Made by a program: the position numbers and the translations under genes. 64,000 bases of DNA from Octopus vulgaris (Eukaryota). Each line of letters opens with the position of its first letter. Positions within the stretch are counted from its first letter, which is position 1. Below the pieces are notes generated by a model. It did not search any database, was not told the origin of the DNA, and saw only the letters and a program-made list of their open reading frames with translations. Below are positions 27,845-41,239 of the stretch, in pieces. The stretch is from NCBI GenBank assembly GCA_951406725.2, contig OX597820.1:96038001-96102000 (forward strand). The letters are read 5' to 3'.

Positions 27845-28887
27845 TTGTAGACTGATAGGTAATTCAAGACATATATTCATGTTTTGTTTATTTCAGATTT
27901 TTCAATCTCAACTGTTTGAATATTTTCTATTTAGGGCAGAATAACAATGAGAGGATGTTTCTGTGGTAGTTAGAATTTATGTAACAGGGAGAAAAAGAAA
28001 GAACAAATATATGTTGAATATGGGATTTATAATGCGATACATATAAAAATTTCCGTTTTATTTTCTGTATGTGATTTTATACGGATTTGAAATTTGTTAT
28101 TCTTCTTTGAAAATAAAATATTAGATCCATTGTGTTATTTTTAATTGATATATAATTGTATTAATTGTTGTTATATATGATTTAACAAAATGCATCATTG
28201 TTGAAGTTAGATTCCACCTGTATCGAACAGTTGCTGATATGAACGTGTATCGTAATTAACGTTGTATTAAAATAAATATTTAATGTATATCCTACTGCTA
28301 AGAAAATTAAATTATCCATTTTTTACTAAAATTTTATATGAAACAAGAAGAAACCTTAGTCTATATCTCTAAGCAATAATTTACATTTTTCATGCTACAA
28401 ATGAGGTTTATATGAACTAATTAAATATATTATTATATATAAATGATATTAAAATATAAATTTATATACATATTATACTTATATAAATGTACGCACGTAC
28501 GCATACATACATACATTTATGTAAAACCTGTGTGTGTATGTGAGAGAGAGAGAAAGTGAGTGAGTGTAACAAGCTGAAACCTACGCTTAGAATGTGCAAA
28601 TGTTTTAGCTGTATATATTACAAACGTTACATTTTACTTTCAAATGTAAGTAACATATCGTAGATATTATAAGACAGAATAATATTTTGAAATGCATCTC
28701 CTTTAAATTTCACACAAAATATGTCACCAAGATTGTATTATGTATTTAAATACAATCTTATCTCGTCACGGAATTCATATTCAAAACGCCTTCTTTTGTG
28801 TCAACTCCAGGTTTTTCATTATTTTTCGGATACAATAGCCCCCCGCCCTTCAACTTGCAAGTATCTTCTTCTGTCAGCTTTATAAGT

Positions 28888-29272
28888 CGTGGCAGTGTGG
28901 TAAGAAGTTTGCATTGTTCCGGGTTCAGTTCCACTACATGGTACCTTGGGCAAGTGTCTTTTACTATACCCTCGGGCCGACCAAACCTTTGTGAGTGCAT
29001 TTGGTTGACGGAAATTGAAAGAAGCTCTTTGTATGTATGTATATATATATATGTGTGTGTGTGACTGAGCGTGTCTCTGTGTCTGTCCTCCTCCACTTCT
29101 TGACAACCGGTGTTGGTTTATTTACGTCCACATAACTTAGCGATTCGGTGAAAGCTATCGATAGAATAAGTATCAGGGCTCAAAAACAGTATTGGGGTCT
29201 ATTCTTTGAGCTAATTTTTAAAATACTCCTTTAAGTCGGTGCTACAACATGGTCGCAATCACATGATTGAAA
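28888..29272 (+). mobile_element. SINE, family A
   Basis: Collinear with 6760-7135. Confidence 0.8.
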
Positions 29273-29747
29273 CATATTTATCTCCCATAAATATATGGTA
29301 ATTAGTTTTGTAAACTATCAATCAAAGGAAAGCACATACATATACGTGTATGTATGTATGTATGTATGTATGTATGTATGTATGTATGTATGTATGTATG
29401 TATGTATGTATGTATGTATGTATGTATGTATGTATGTATGTATGTACGAGTATGAGTGTATTTGCATTATGTATGTAAATACATAAGTAGATATAAATAA
29501 GACACCTGTACGCTTCAGGTATGATGGTAAGTAACAAAGCTACACGTACTGAATCTAGGTTCCATGCACCCTACGGGCTTCTTAACGTGTCCTGTATACT
29601 TAATTTCTCTTACAAGGTCTGGGTCAAGCTAACGCTACAGAAAATTACATTCATCCAATATACCTCGCAGCGGGAACGAAACCAGGATCAAGTGATTCGA
29701 TTCTATTGCGAAATTCAGACCCATTCTGTTATGTTGCAGCTACAAAT

Positions 29748-29816
<69 letters not shown>

Positions 29817-30239
29817 GGTATGCACACACGCATATTTATACACACATACGTACACACATACATGTATACATATAGTAACGAAAACACTGATTTACGAAAA
29901 TGACATGAACAGTAACTAATTAAATACGAATTCAAGGTTTATCCACTAACAAGTATGCACAAATACTCACACTATACTTAGAATTGAATACTGTGATAAG
30001 AAACCTACGCTTGTGCTCTATCAGTCAGCATGCTAAGAGTAAACATGATGTCACACTGATATAACAGGAATAGAAATCATTTCGATACATTCATATGACG
30101 CATCTTTACGATAGATACTGTAGATTAAACTATTAAATGAATGGAACCAATCACATAATAAAAATTATTATTGTTCAATTTTTGCGATCACTGCAGTTAC
30201 ACACAAAAAGAAAGAATGAAAAAGACTACATGGTATATC

Positions 30240-30410
30240 CTTTCTACTATTGGCACAATACCTGAAATTTTAGTGGAGGCGGGACTTGTCGGTACCATCT
30301 ACTCCAGTTTGTAACTGGTACTCTATTTTATTGACCCCAAAGGATAAAAGGCAAAGCTGACCTCGGCGGCATTGGAACCTTGAACGTAAAGACATTTGAA
30401 ATGCCGCTAA
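30240..30410 (-). mobile_element. SINE, family C
   Basis: Matches 4065-4273. Confidence 0.75.
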
Positions 30411-30822
30411 CGTTCCTGCATACTCGCTGGGTTTAAAGGCTACAAGATATATAACATCATTTATTAATTCACGTGTATGAGCGGCATTTGAACTCAGAAC
30501 GTAGGGCCAGAAGAAATTCCGCTAAGCATTTGTCCGGTGTGCTAACGCTGCAAGATAAGGGACAGACAAACCTGAAACAGACCAGGAGTAGTGAAGGTTT
30601 ATCAATGATGAATTCACGGATGGCAACGAAATGATTTGAACAAACCTAAATTATTGATTAACTGAGTGAACGATTAATCAAATAATGTTAGTCGATAGGT
30701 TAAATAATTAACTAATTGACAAGTATATAATGATGAAATCAATTATAACTACTGCGCAAGATACAATATATATACACACACACATATATATTGCAATATA
30801 TATGCATATATATATATGTATG

Positions 30823-30866
<44 letters not shown>

Positions 30867-30883
30867 ATCATATATATATATAA

Positions 30884-30921
<38 letters not shown>

Positions 30922-31084
30922 CCTGCTCGCTTAGCCAGCGGGGTGTCATCATTTGAAGGCTAAAACAATGCGAAGCTCATTGTGACCAGCGATGTGTAGC
31001 AACATCTGATAGTCTAGTCGGTCACGTGATCACGTGATATATATATATAGAGAGAGACATGCATATATATATATATATAAGTGC

Positions 31085-31177
<93 letters not shown>

Positions 31178-31434
31178 AAAGAAAACTTTGGCTTTGATTT
31201 CAAGCTTTCGTCTTCCTTATCGTTATCTGACTGCTTCGGGCACGAATGCAGGTAAGAATTAATAAATATCTATCCTATAAAAATTATTGCGTAACCCTTC
31301 TGTTTAATGGTTTAATGTTAAATCGATTTTATATAATAACTAACATAAAATCAGATATAGACAAACACACACAAGCACACATGCATTTGTATGTATACAC
31401 ACACACACACACACAAATGATAATATTTGTGTGC

Positions 31435-31474
<40 letters not shown>

Positions 31475-31647
31475 TACACGTGTCATCTCTACCGAAAAGG
31501 TAACCGCTTCCCACGCTTGCTGATCAATTGTTTTTGTCCCATTTTGTCTCAAAGTCGTGTCATTCCTGTTTTTATTCGTTACTGTTTCCAATGTTATCTT
31601 CGTCTCTTGTTTTCCTATTCGTCTCTGTTGTCACATTCTTTCCTTCT

Positions 31648-31815
31648 ACCAAGTAAATCTAATGCCCATAGCTTAGCTTCTCCTTGGGGCTGGCCGTTTT
31701 GGAGCAAATCTCAGAATTAAACAGCCGAAATTTGCCATGCTGGATCGGTTTCTGACTGAAGAATGAAGGCTCTGAATGACTGTCTGTTTTCCGTGTTCGT
31801 CAATTCGTGAATTTC
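31648..31815 (+). repeat. Dispersed structured repeat (diverged copy of the 57358 and 58915 family)
   Basis: Shares ATCTAATGC ... AGCTTAG ... CTTGGGGCTGGCC ... CAGCCGAAA ... GACTGA ... GCTCTGAATGAC. Confidence 0.7.
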
Positions 31816-31838
31816 ACGTTCTTTATATATAAAGTTTT

Positions 31839-31899
<61 letters not shown>

Positions 31900-31932
31900 A
31901 TAAGTATGCATGTTTATATAGCTAAGTATGGA

Positions 31933-32821
31933 CACGGTGTGACGAGTAAATTGTCACCATCTTATATTCTTAATTTTGCGCCTGTGTATTGTTTATTCTT
32001 GGTTTTGTCGACTACACAGTACAATAGGGTCAGTTGGGTAGCGTCTGTGAGAAAAACAGTATAATGACGCGACCCACTCTGCCAGAAATTTGGAAATGAC
32101 ATGCTGTACTGCTTAGCATTCGCGACCGAAGCACTTATACTAACATTTCAGAGTGTTTGGGTGTCAATTTGTGGACAGTGCAATCTGAGAACATATATCG
32201 GAAGTGATAAAAATCAAACATCCAATCAACATTAGATTGTTTGGAGTGAGCGCTAGTGATAGCAATGTTATGCTTCCATTCTTCTTTCCACACAGCCTCA
32301 AACTCAACACGGAGGCCTACATCAAGTGCCTGGAGGACGTAGTACTGCCATGGGTCAAGAGGGTGGCTGCTGGAACACTCTGTGTCTGGCAACAGGACTC
32401 TGCACCATGCCACAGAAGCTGGAGAACCCAGTCATGGCTGTCAGACAATCTCTGCGATCACATAACCTCTAACATCTGGCAACTTAATTCCCCAGAATGC
32501 AATCACCTTGAATATCATATGTGGGGCGCAGTTGAGCGAGAGACCAGCAAAATTCCTTGTAACAACAAAGATGGACTGAAGGCAAGGTTTATGTCAGCAT
32601 TCACCAACTTAAACAAGGAGACCGTCCAGAAGAGTTGCAGGAGATTTCGAAGTTGTCTGGAGGCCACGGCTTAAGCCAACGGCGATTTTATTGAATAAAT
32701 TTACTCTTTAATTTTTCAAGATATTTCTATGTGATTTTGGTAGATATATCTGTTAAAATAAGATGTTAGTGTTATTTTCATTTTTGTGTACTTTAGACGA
32801 CTGTTTATACACCTCACCCTG
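31933..32821 (+). mobile_element. Tc1/mariner-superfamily remnant (maT/DD37D-like), internally deleted
   Basis: ORF 32204-32674 has WQQDSAPCH ... NSPECNHLEYHMWG, with 37 residues between the last two acidic positions. Degenerate inverted ends CACGGTG...TTGTC and GACTG...CACCCTG. Confidence 0.85.
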
Positions 32822-32890
32822 TATGTTTGCATGTATATATCTATATCTATCTATCTCTGTATACACACACATAAAACACACACACACACA

Positions 32891-33008
<118 letters not shown>

Positions 33009-34209
33009 TATACGATAGTAGGTAAAATTAATATACAAGAAATAAACGAGAGATCCTCTACTCTTGGCTTCCTAGAAATTCTACCGAAACCGGCGCATCA
33101 TACCACATATTACCCTCTTATCAACATACGATATCCAGTATGTTCTCCATGATCATTGTTTCAGAAAAATTGATGACGTGTTCCTGGCTAGATTATCTTT
33201 GATCATAGTTTCTTTGATCTGGGCGAACTTAGAAGAAAAAATAACAACAACGAATGCCAAGAGAGATGATTAGAATTTCTGTTATTGATCTTTATTGATC
33301 TCTTAACTGATTTTTAACACTTTACCAATAAGCACATGAAGAAATACATCCGTTTTCGCACATTATTTCACATACATACATACATACATACATACATACA
33401 TACATACATACATGCATACATACATACATACATACATACATACATACATACATACATACATACATACATCATACATAAATACATACATATATACATACAT
33501 ACATATATATAAATATATATCTGTGTATGTGCGTGCGTGTGCGTGTGAGTATGCGTGCGTACGTCTATATATATATATATATATGAATGTGTATATGTTT
33601 GTCTATGTATTCATATACGTGTGCAAAAGCGTATAAATATAAACACGTATTTAAACAGGATTAGCAGTCATGTATATGCATCGGCATGCGCCGAAGTGAA
33701 TCCTTAGAAGCGAAGGAAACTTGTAGGAGATTAAATTTAGAAGCCAATATTAAATACTTGTATTAGATTATTTAAACACCTAAACGCGCATGCGCACACA
33801 CACGCACACGCGCGCACATGTACGCTCAAGCACAGTCAACGCACTAAGAACAGAATGCTCTCCTTATAGACGACTAAGGAAGTGTGAAATCTCGCGAATA
33901 CTTTACTCATAAACTGTTGAACGTGTGAAAGGAAGTAGCTGAAAGTCATATATATATATGATGTCTACCTGGACCTCCTCCACCCAATCACTAAGAAGCT
34001 GATTTCTACAAGTTTTAATATTTAGTACTTTTAGTGTTTGACTGTCGAACTGAAGAATTTTGTGAGAAGGAAGAGTTCCCATAGTAACTCATGCAATAAT
34101 ATCTCTTACAAGATTTTAAAGCACAGCCCTACTCTTCTCTATGCTTGGTGAGTCTCTTTCAGGGAGAGAGGAAAGGAACTTACAGAGAATTCAAATAAAA
34201 GACGGAATT

Positions 34210-34740
34210 AATCATTTACCAGTTTTGAGGACTATTTATGGTTGGGAAACATGGCCTATGAGGGTAGTCGATCAGCGGAGACTGGAGGTGTTCGACAATG
34301 ACTGTCTCCGCCGCATTCTTCGCTGCTGACGCAGTGATCGGGTTCCTACAGCCGGTCTTCGTAGCCGACTGAATCCCCAGCCTCTCCCTTCGGTGCTTCT
34401 ACAACAGCGCTTAAGGTGGTTCGATCATGCGGCCCGGTGTCCAGAGGGTGAGCTAATTCGTCGCGATGTCCTCTTCCCACCTCCACTTCTCAGCTGGCGC
34501 AAACGCAGGGGCGGGCAGCTGAAGACCTGGGTAACGACGATAAAGGATGACCTCTCCGAACTCTCAGGTCCGCAGGTGGTCGGTCTGCGCATATGGAACT
34601 GCGAATGGCTTGCTATCTCCATTGACCTCGCACAGGACCGTCGAGGGTGGGCCGCCATGGTTCGTGGTGCCGTTAGGAACAGAGAAGAAGCCGGCTCAAC
34701 CAGCCCTGGGTGAACGCCGTCTCAAGTACAAGTACAAGTA
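34210..34740 (+). mobile_element. RTE-clade LINE 3' end
   Basis: LRTIYGWETW ... LEVFDNDCLRRIL ... QRLRWFDHAAR ... RRGGQLKTW ... LAQDRRGW, ending in a (CAAGTA)3 tail. Confidence 0.85.
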
Positions 34741-34827
34741 TTTCCATGAAGAAAATAAAATTTTATGAAATGCAGTATATGTGTGTATGTGCGTGTGTTT
34801 GTATGTATATATGTTATGTATATGCAA

Positions 34828-35100
34828 GGACACGTGGCCTAGTGGTTAGGGTTTTGCATTCACGAGCGTGAGATCGAGGTTTCAGTTCCTAGACCATGTA
34901 GTTTGTTGTGTTCTTGAGCATAACACTTCATCACACGTTGCTCTACGATCACTTCCATACCTGACGCGTGGTATGCCCTGCATCCGTTCAAGCAACGTCG
35001 ATTTAATAGAGGAATAGAGCTAATGTACAGCACATACATTTAACCGCTACAAACATGTCATCTGGATGCACGTCATCTTCGACGGGAAAGTTCACCAGAT
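34828..35100 (+). mobile_element. tRNA-derived SINE
   Basis: A box TGGCCTAGTGG, decayed B box and TTCTTGAGCA core. Confidence 0.7.
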
Positions 35101-35224
35101 AGAGAGTGAAAGATATATATATATATATATATATGGGAGAGTTCACGAAAAAAGACAAAAGACGAAGACAGGTGATGTACAAAATAAACAGATGTATTAG
35201 TACAATACTCAGGAATAGAAAGAC

Positions 35225-35258
35225 TTACGTTTCGAGCATACGCTCTTCTACAGAAAGG
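35225..35258 (-). ncRNA. Minimal hammerhead-like motif (A6U variant, helix I disrupted)
   Basis: CTGTAGA-A-GAGC-GTAT-GCTC-GAAAC-GTA inside a short repeat homologous to 40757-40925. Confidence 0.5.
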
Positions 35259-36492
35259 GACACAGAAAAAAACAAGGGGAGAGAAAAAAATATATATACA
35301 TGTAATTACATGCATAACTGTGTACACACACATACACACACACACGCACACAAAGCTGAAGTATATAAATATGTCTCACTAAATCCCGGTGCAAATTGTT
35401 ATTGATTTAGACTTCATCTACATAGGCATCATTATTTGTTTGTGTCCCCATTTTGATAACCTGCCACTCTGATCTGAATTTCGATTTTCTTATTATATTT
35501 ACATGAAACATTATATATAGTTTTCTAGTGATTTTTTACATGATTCACCTTTAGTTCCAGTTGACACGTCAACGTTGTAGGCAAATCTTAGATTGGTTAT
35601 AATTCCCTTGCGAATTTTCACTATGCCATTCTAATTCTTTAGGGTATCGAAGATTACTTCTTTAAGAAAATGATTGAAAATCTTCGTGGTAATATGTAAC
35701 CCCTGTCGAACTTCGACGTACTTTACAAACTACTGCTTCTTTCAAATAATTTATTCAGAACAAGACTGCGTTTTAGTTCAAAACTAATACATTCCCCTAT
35801 TCTTTTCACCGATGTTCAGTTAGATACAATGAGTTTTGTGCCTCTTCTCAATACTCTGCGATGCTTTTTTCCCCATAAGCAGATAACGGCATTTTTTAAT
35901 ATCAATAAATATTGCTGTACATGCTTCCTTAGTGATCTCTAAATTCCTCAGCAATCATTCTCACATTGATTATCTGTAATTTAATGCTGCAACCTTGTTG
36001 GAATCGTACTGATTCTGGAGGGATTATTCGCTTTGCATATAGGTTTAGACCATTATTTCTAATGCAGTTTTAGACAGAACTACTGTCTTATTACAATACG
36101 ATCAAAAGCAACAAAATTATTTCCATGAAAGACAATCTAAAGCGAATGTGATCTATGACATCTGCAATTGTATTGTGTGAATGTGAGCCTTGGACATACT
36201 AAAACAAACTCAATGACGTGAACTTGTCAGCATTCAAATCGAAATGAGGATTTTGCAGAATCCTTAGCATTGAATGAAATGATTACTAAATAAGCTAGTA
36301 GGTCTTAGAACACAAAAATCGTCTTGTTTGAAAAAAGAGAAAGATATAACACTGAATAGCAAAATGTACTGGTTCGATTACATTAACGAGAATGATTGAT
36401 AACTCTGAAACATAGCCATGTTTGCGAAAATGGAATGCAAAAGTAAATGAGGAGAAACAACGAGAAAATTGAGTCAATGAAAGAAACATGGA

Positions 36493-36960
36493 CTAGGCTA
36501 AAAAAAAAAGGGCATTCATCTCCTCAATTTCAGTTTTCCACAACCATTTAGCCTTCAACGACAGCATGTACTCTGTTTCTATGCTGTTTATTTTAAGGCC
36601 TACTGCTGAATTCTGAGTGTCCAGTAATATCAGCATGGTTTGCAGCCAATATGAGATTGCTACAATAGATTGGATGTCGTCTGCAAATCGGAGGAGGATT
36701 AGTAGGTCACCGTTGATACTGACGCAATCTTTCCAGTCAATACTATGACTCTGATGACAATTTCGACACATGAGGTGAGAAGCTTTGAAGAGACGGCGTC
36801 TCTTTATCACAAGCTCTTCCGGACAAGCATTCTTATGAGTTTTGAGAACAGATATACTATATCAGTGATACATCCCGAGTTTGCCTCCCAGAGAATATTG
36901 CACCTCGTTTCATTGTATCGCCAGAGACTTCAGTACTGCATTCATCTCGACGCTATCAAA
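36493..36960 (-). mobile_element. RTE-like reverse transcriptase fragment
   Basis: SINGDLLILLRFADDI ... AVGLKINSIET. Confidence 0.75.
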
Positions 36961-37141
36961 GATTTTTTCTTTAATAAATGAATAGAGTGGAAGGCTTTTA
37001 CTTCGATTAAAGATGTGTTTAATAAATACACAGGTGGACAAAACATGCAAACCAATACATATATACATACACAAAGACATATATAAAAACATACATACAT
37101 GAATATATATATATATACATGTATAATATATAAACATATAT

Positions 37142-37189
<48 letters not shown>

Positions 37190-37372
37190 GGCAACTTAAT
37201 ATAGAATGATTTTCGTCATTTCTTTCTCTTTTACCTGCGTGGTTTGTTCTTGAGTGCTTTGGTTTTACTGGGATCTCCCTTTAAAGTAGAAGGAATAGCT
37301 AAGACTTTTTGACTGCTATTTCTAAATTCGGTGTGTGGCGATGCAAATCGTTGCTGTACCCTAATTATTTCG

Positions 37373-37426
<54 letters not shown>

Positions 37427-37508
37427 TATATATAATGTATATTCACACACACACTTATATATATAAACACATACATACATACAAATTTCTTTTAAATATA
37501 TATAATGT

Positions 37509-38005
37509 ACATTAATACTCATAGGAGATATTAATGTTAGTGGCCGCAACCTAAAACGGTATAGGCAAAATTAATAGATATATATAAAAGAATTCTCTAT
37601 AAGAAGGGCGCTTATTTTTAAAAACCACCGGCTTTGCTAAAGATAGGAGAGAAAACACTTCGAAGCCACAAAAATTAACACGAATGTCAGTTACTTTGAT
37701 ATCATGATTTCGAATTTAGCACGAAAACACGCTTGATTCTCCTCAGCCAAGTCTACTAGTAGCACACTCTTATATATCATTTCAACCATTGCCTGTGTTC
37801 GTTTCAGTGTCCAAGCCGCATTGAGAAAAACGAATTGAGTGAATACAATTTATTTTAAATATATAGATAACATTAATATTCATGAGAGATGTTAATGTTA
37901 GTGGTTGTTAGCTTAAAAACCGTATAGGTAAAATTAACAGGTATATATAAAAGAATTATATATAACGGGGGCGCTTTTTCAAAAAAAATCACCAGCTTTG
38001 CTAAA
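37509..38005 (-). mobile_element. Second retrozyme-like unit: 361-bp monomer plus ~135-bp partial tandem copy
   Basis: 37509-37641 repeats, diverged, at 37870-38005. The HHR at 37693-37752 lies between the copies. Confidence 0.75.
37693..37752 (-). ncRNA. Type I hammerhead ribozyme motif with canonical core
   Basis: ACTTGG-CTGAGGA-GAAT-(20 nt)-ATTC-GAAA-TCATGA-TA^TCAAAGT, with helix III palindrome ATCATGAT. Confidence 0.8.
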
Positions 38006-38022
38006 AACCAAGCCTGTGAAAA

Positions 38023-38360
38023 TATTGGGCTGGCAACGAAATTCCCGCCGTTTTTATAAATTTCGGAATTTATTGCGTTTTTAAATTTTGGAATCTTTTT
38101 TTTTTCGAGAATTCTATTTTTTAATCATTTTAGAATATATTTTCTTATTTTTTCTAACTAATTTTAGTTAATTTTTGTTTATTTTAAGATCATTGAAATG
38201 GAACGTCAAGTTAAGAAAAACGAGCATTTTCGACACCTCCTTCCTTTTGCTTTTAATCAAGGTTCTAAGGCCGCAAAGGCTGCTCGCGACATTTGTGCTG
38301 TATATGGAAAGGGTGCCGTAGCTGAAAAAACCGGTCGTGATGGTATGCCAAGTTCATAAA
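38023..38360 (+). mobile_element. Mariner transposon 5' fragment
   Basis: TA-TTGGGCTGGCAAC terminus, then MERQVKKNEHFRHLLPFAFNQGSKAAKAARDICAVYGKGAV (mariner N-terminal HTH) from 38198. Confidence 0.85.
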
Positions 38361-38658
38361 ACTTTAGCTATATTGGTACTTCTGGCTCTCATTTTTAAGT
38401 ATTCTAGTGTGTCAATATTTTAACAAAATGATGGTGCGTTTTTTTTTTATTATGTTATTTTGTAAATTAAAATCAAATAATTTTTGATATTCAAATTTTA
38501 TCCTTAGCTGCAATATTGTCCTGTTCTGTACTTTACCAAATGTAATAAGTTGTCCAGAATGTCATTTTATAGGTTTATAATGTTAAGAACATTATTTCGC
38601 TTGCTCACATTTTTCCATGTGTTACATGTATGCGACTGTGTGTGTGTACGTATGCATG

Positions 38659-38693
<35 letters not shown>

Positions 38694-39704
38694 GGGGGGG
38701 GAGGGTGCCGGTCTGTATGCGTACATTTTTGGCCGTTAGTATTGGTCGACTCTTATTCAATCTCAATAACAGGAATTTATTAGTGCTCAACGTTTTCACT
38801 AATGCATTCCTATTCATAAAATTTATCTTCTAGTAACTGCATTTTCGGCTGACACACCTTTAAAGCAATTCCCAGACCGATTCGACATGACAGAAAGTGA
38901 CAATGTAGAATTTGATTTTGAATTACAATCTGAGTACAATCCAGAAAGTGACAGTCAGACAGAAACACAGAAAACTTACGAGAAAAGCAACGTTGACCAT
39001 GGCAAGATTTCCATTCAGAACGTAAAAGGGACAGAAAGAGCAAACTAAAGCTAGGCTTTCTATTCTACATCTAAAATTCCAGCCATTTTGTTGTCTTGAG
39101 CCGATTGTATATACAGTACATAACTGTATATACGGTGAATTATAAAACAACATAGCAATTTCTTTCGGTGGTTATATGGGGACAACGAGTTGGTGAGTAT
39201 ATTTGGGAAAAAAATCACCCTAGTGCTTACAGTTTCATCGATTTCTTTACGGGGACGTAAACAAACCAGCTTCGGTTTTCAATGTGTAAAGGAGATAAAA
39301 ACAAACACATGAACAATTATATACACAAATACATACACATACACAACCACACGTTTTTAGTGTTACGGAGAAATATGCAAAAAAACTGAAATTTTGAATA
39401 AATTTTGTTCCTTCTTGTAAGGAAAATACAAGAATCTTTATGGATCACTACCATCGTTTCAAACCATGTCAAGTGGTATCTCGTTAAAATAAACTCTGTT
39501 TCGCACAACTTATTTCTGGATGTTTTCTTCTTAGTATTCGTATATAGTTATGGAATTCTTGTACAGGATTCAACACAAAGATGAGATACAAAAAGAAACG
39601 AATACACAATACAACGAAAAAATTATTACATATAATCGTTAGTCGATATGGATATACATATGGATGTACACACAAACACACACGCACGCACACACACACA
39701 CACG

Positions 39705-39803
<99 letters not shown>

Positions 39804-40308
39804 CGAATTGAGACGGACGACTGCTATGTCTAGCAGACAAATATCCAATACTGAGAAAGACTAAGGCCCTCAAACCAGTTCTGATCTACTGGTCCTGTCA
39901 CCGCTGAATGGGAGTCGCTTGCTCCCTAATTTGCAATATAAGTGACACAGATATTTTGTCGTTAATCAGCTGGAGGAGGTGTCCTCCTGGGGCTAAATAA
40001 AAAGAGAAATAACATTGTTCTGTACGGAACAACCACGTCGAGGTGGCAACAACCATTCAATTATATATATATATATAATCATAATAAGGAGTATGGAGAA
40101 TTGTGCGTGTGCGCGCTTTAACACGCACTTTCTTTGTAGGAGCTTCATTGAACAAATCGTTAGGTTCCACACTTGACTATAACGGGACACAGTGCTACAA
40201 TGCTTTTTGAAGAAAACATAAATCCACGTGTACGGATCGATCAACTGTACATTCATATATGGATGCATACACATAGGCATACATGATAGTTTGGATACAT
40301 ACATACAC

Positions 40309-40367
<59 letters not shown>

Positions 40368-40716
40368 CATACATAGAATATGGGGGTTTAGTTCACGGGT
40401 TATCTAAACGACTAGGTATGCTTGGTAAGTGCCATAACGGATTACCAGGACTCTGATCTCATAGCCGAGACGAGGGATATGGAACCATTGTAGATTTCCA
40501 ATATAGTGGAGAGCGGATATATATTTGTTAAAGAGGACAACATACGCCAAAGTAGAACAAACATCTCAAGTCATCTACGTTATTATTAGTATTATTATTA
40601 TTAAAAACATTTTAATAACTTAAAAGTTAACATTTAAAAAAAATTATATTATTAATGTATATGACTTTAATAATGTATATTTGTCTTGTTTTAGCGTCTG
40701 TTGTCCTCTTTAACAA

Positions 40717-40757
<41 letters not shown>

Positions 40758-40854
40758 ACGGGAAGGTTTACGAAAATAAACAAAAGACGAAGGCAGGTGG
40801 AGTACAAACAAACAAATGTATTAGTATAGCGCTCAGGAATAGAAATAGAATAAG

Positions 40855-40892
40855 TCTTTTACGTTCCGAGCCTACGCTCTTCGACAGAAAGA
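40855..40892 (-). ncRNA. Minimal hammerhead-like motif (A6U and A13G in this copy)
   Basis: TCTTT-CTGTCGA-A-GAGC-GTAG-GCTC-GGAAC-GTA^AAAGA. Confidence 0.55.
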
Positions 40893-41239
40893 TACACAGA
40901 AAAGAAACAAGGAGAGAAAAAAAATGCGTGTAGGAGCTAACGGTCTATCATGGCATTCTGCCATGTATAAACATATACATACATATACATGCATATATGG
41001 GTACAGGACGTTACCAACAGTAAACAACATAAAATACGAAAATAAATGAGTCCAATACACAAACAACGAGAGAAACAAAAACAAATGGAAACAGGACAAG
41101 TAGCATAAAGAACGATCCTTCATCAGTTGTCAGCTGTCTATCTACTGCCCATTTTGAGCAGATATACATATATACATATACATACATACATACCTACATA
41201 CATACATACATACATACATACATACATACATACTCTTTA

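Noticed and set aside
32394-32512. Apparent DD37E catalytic spacing in the Tc1/mariner ORF
   Set aside because: The surrounding motif (SPECNHLEY vs SPDxNPLDY) has several substitutions in a deleted, dead copy. Drift from DD37D is the simpler explanation.
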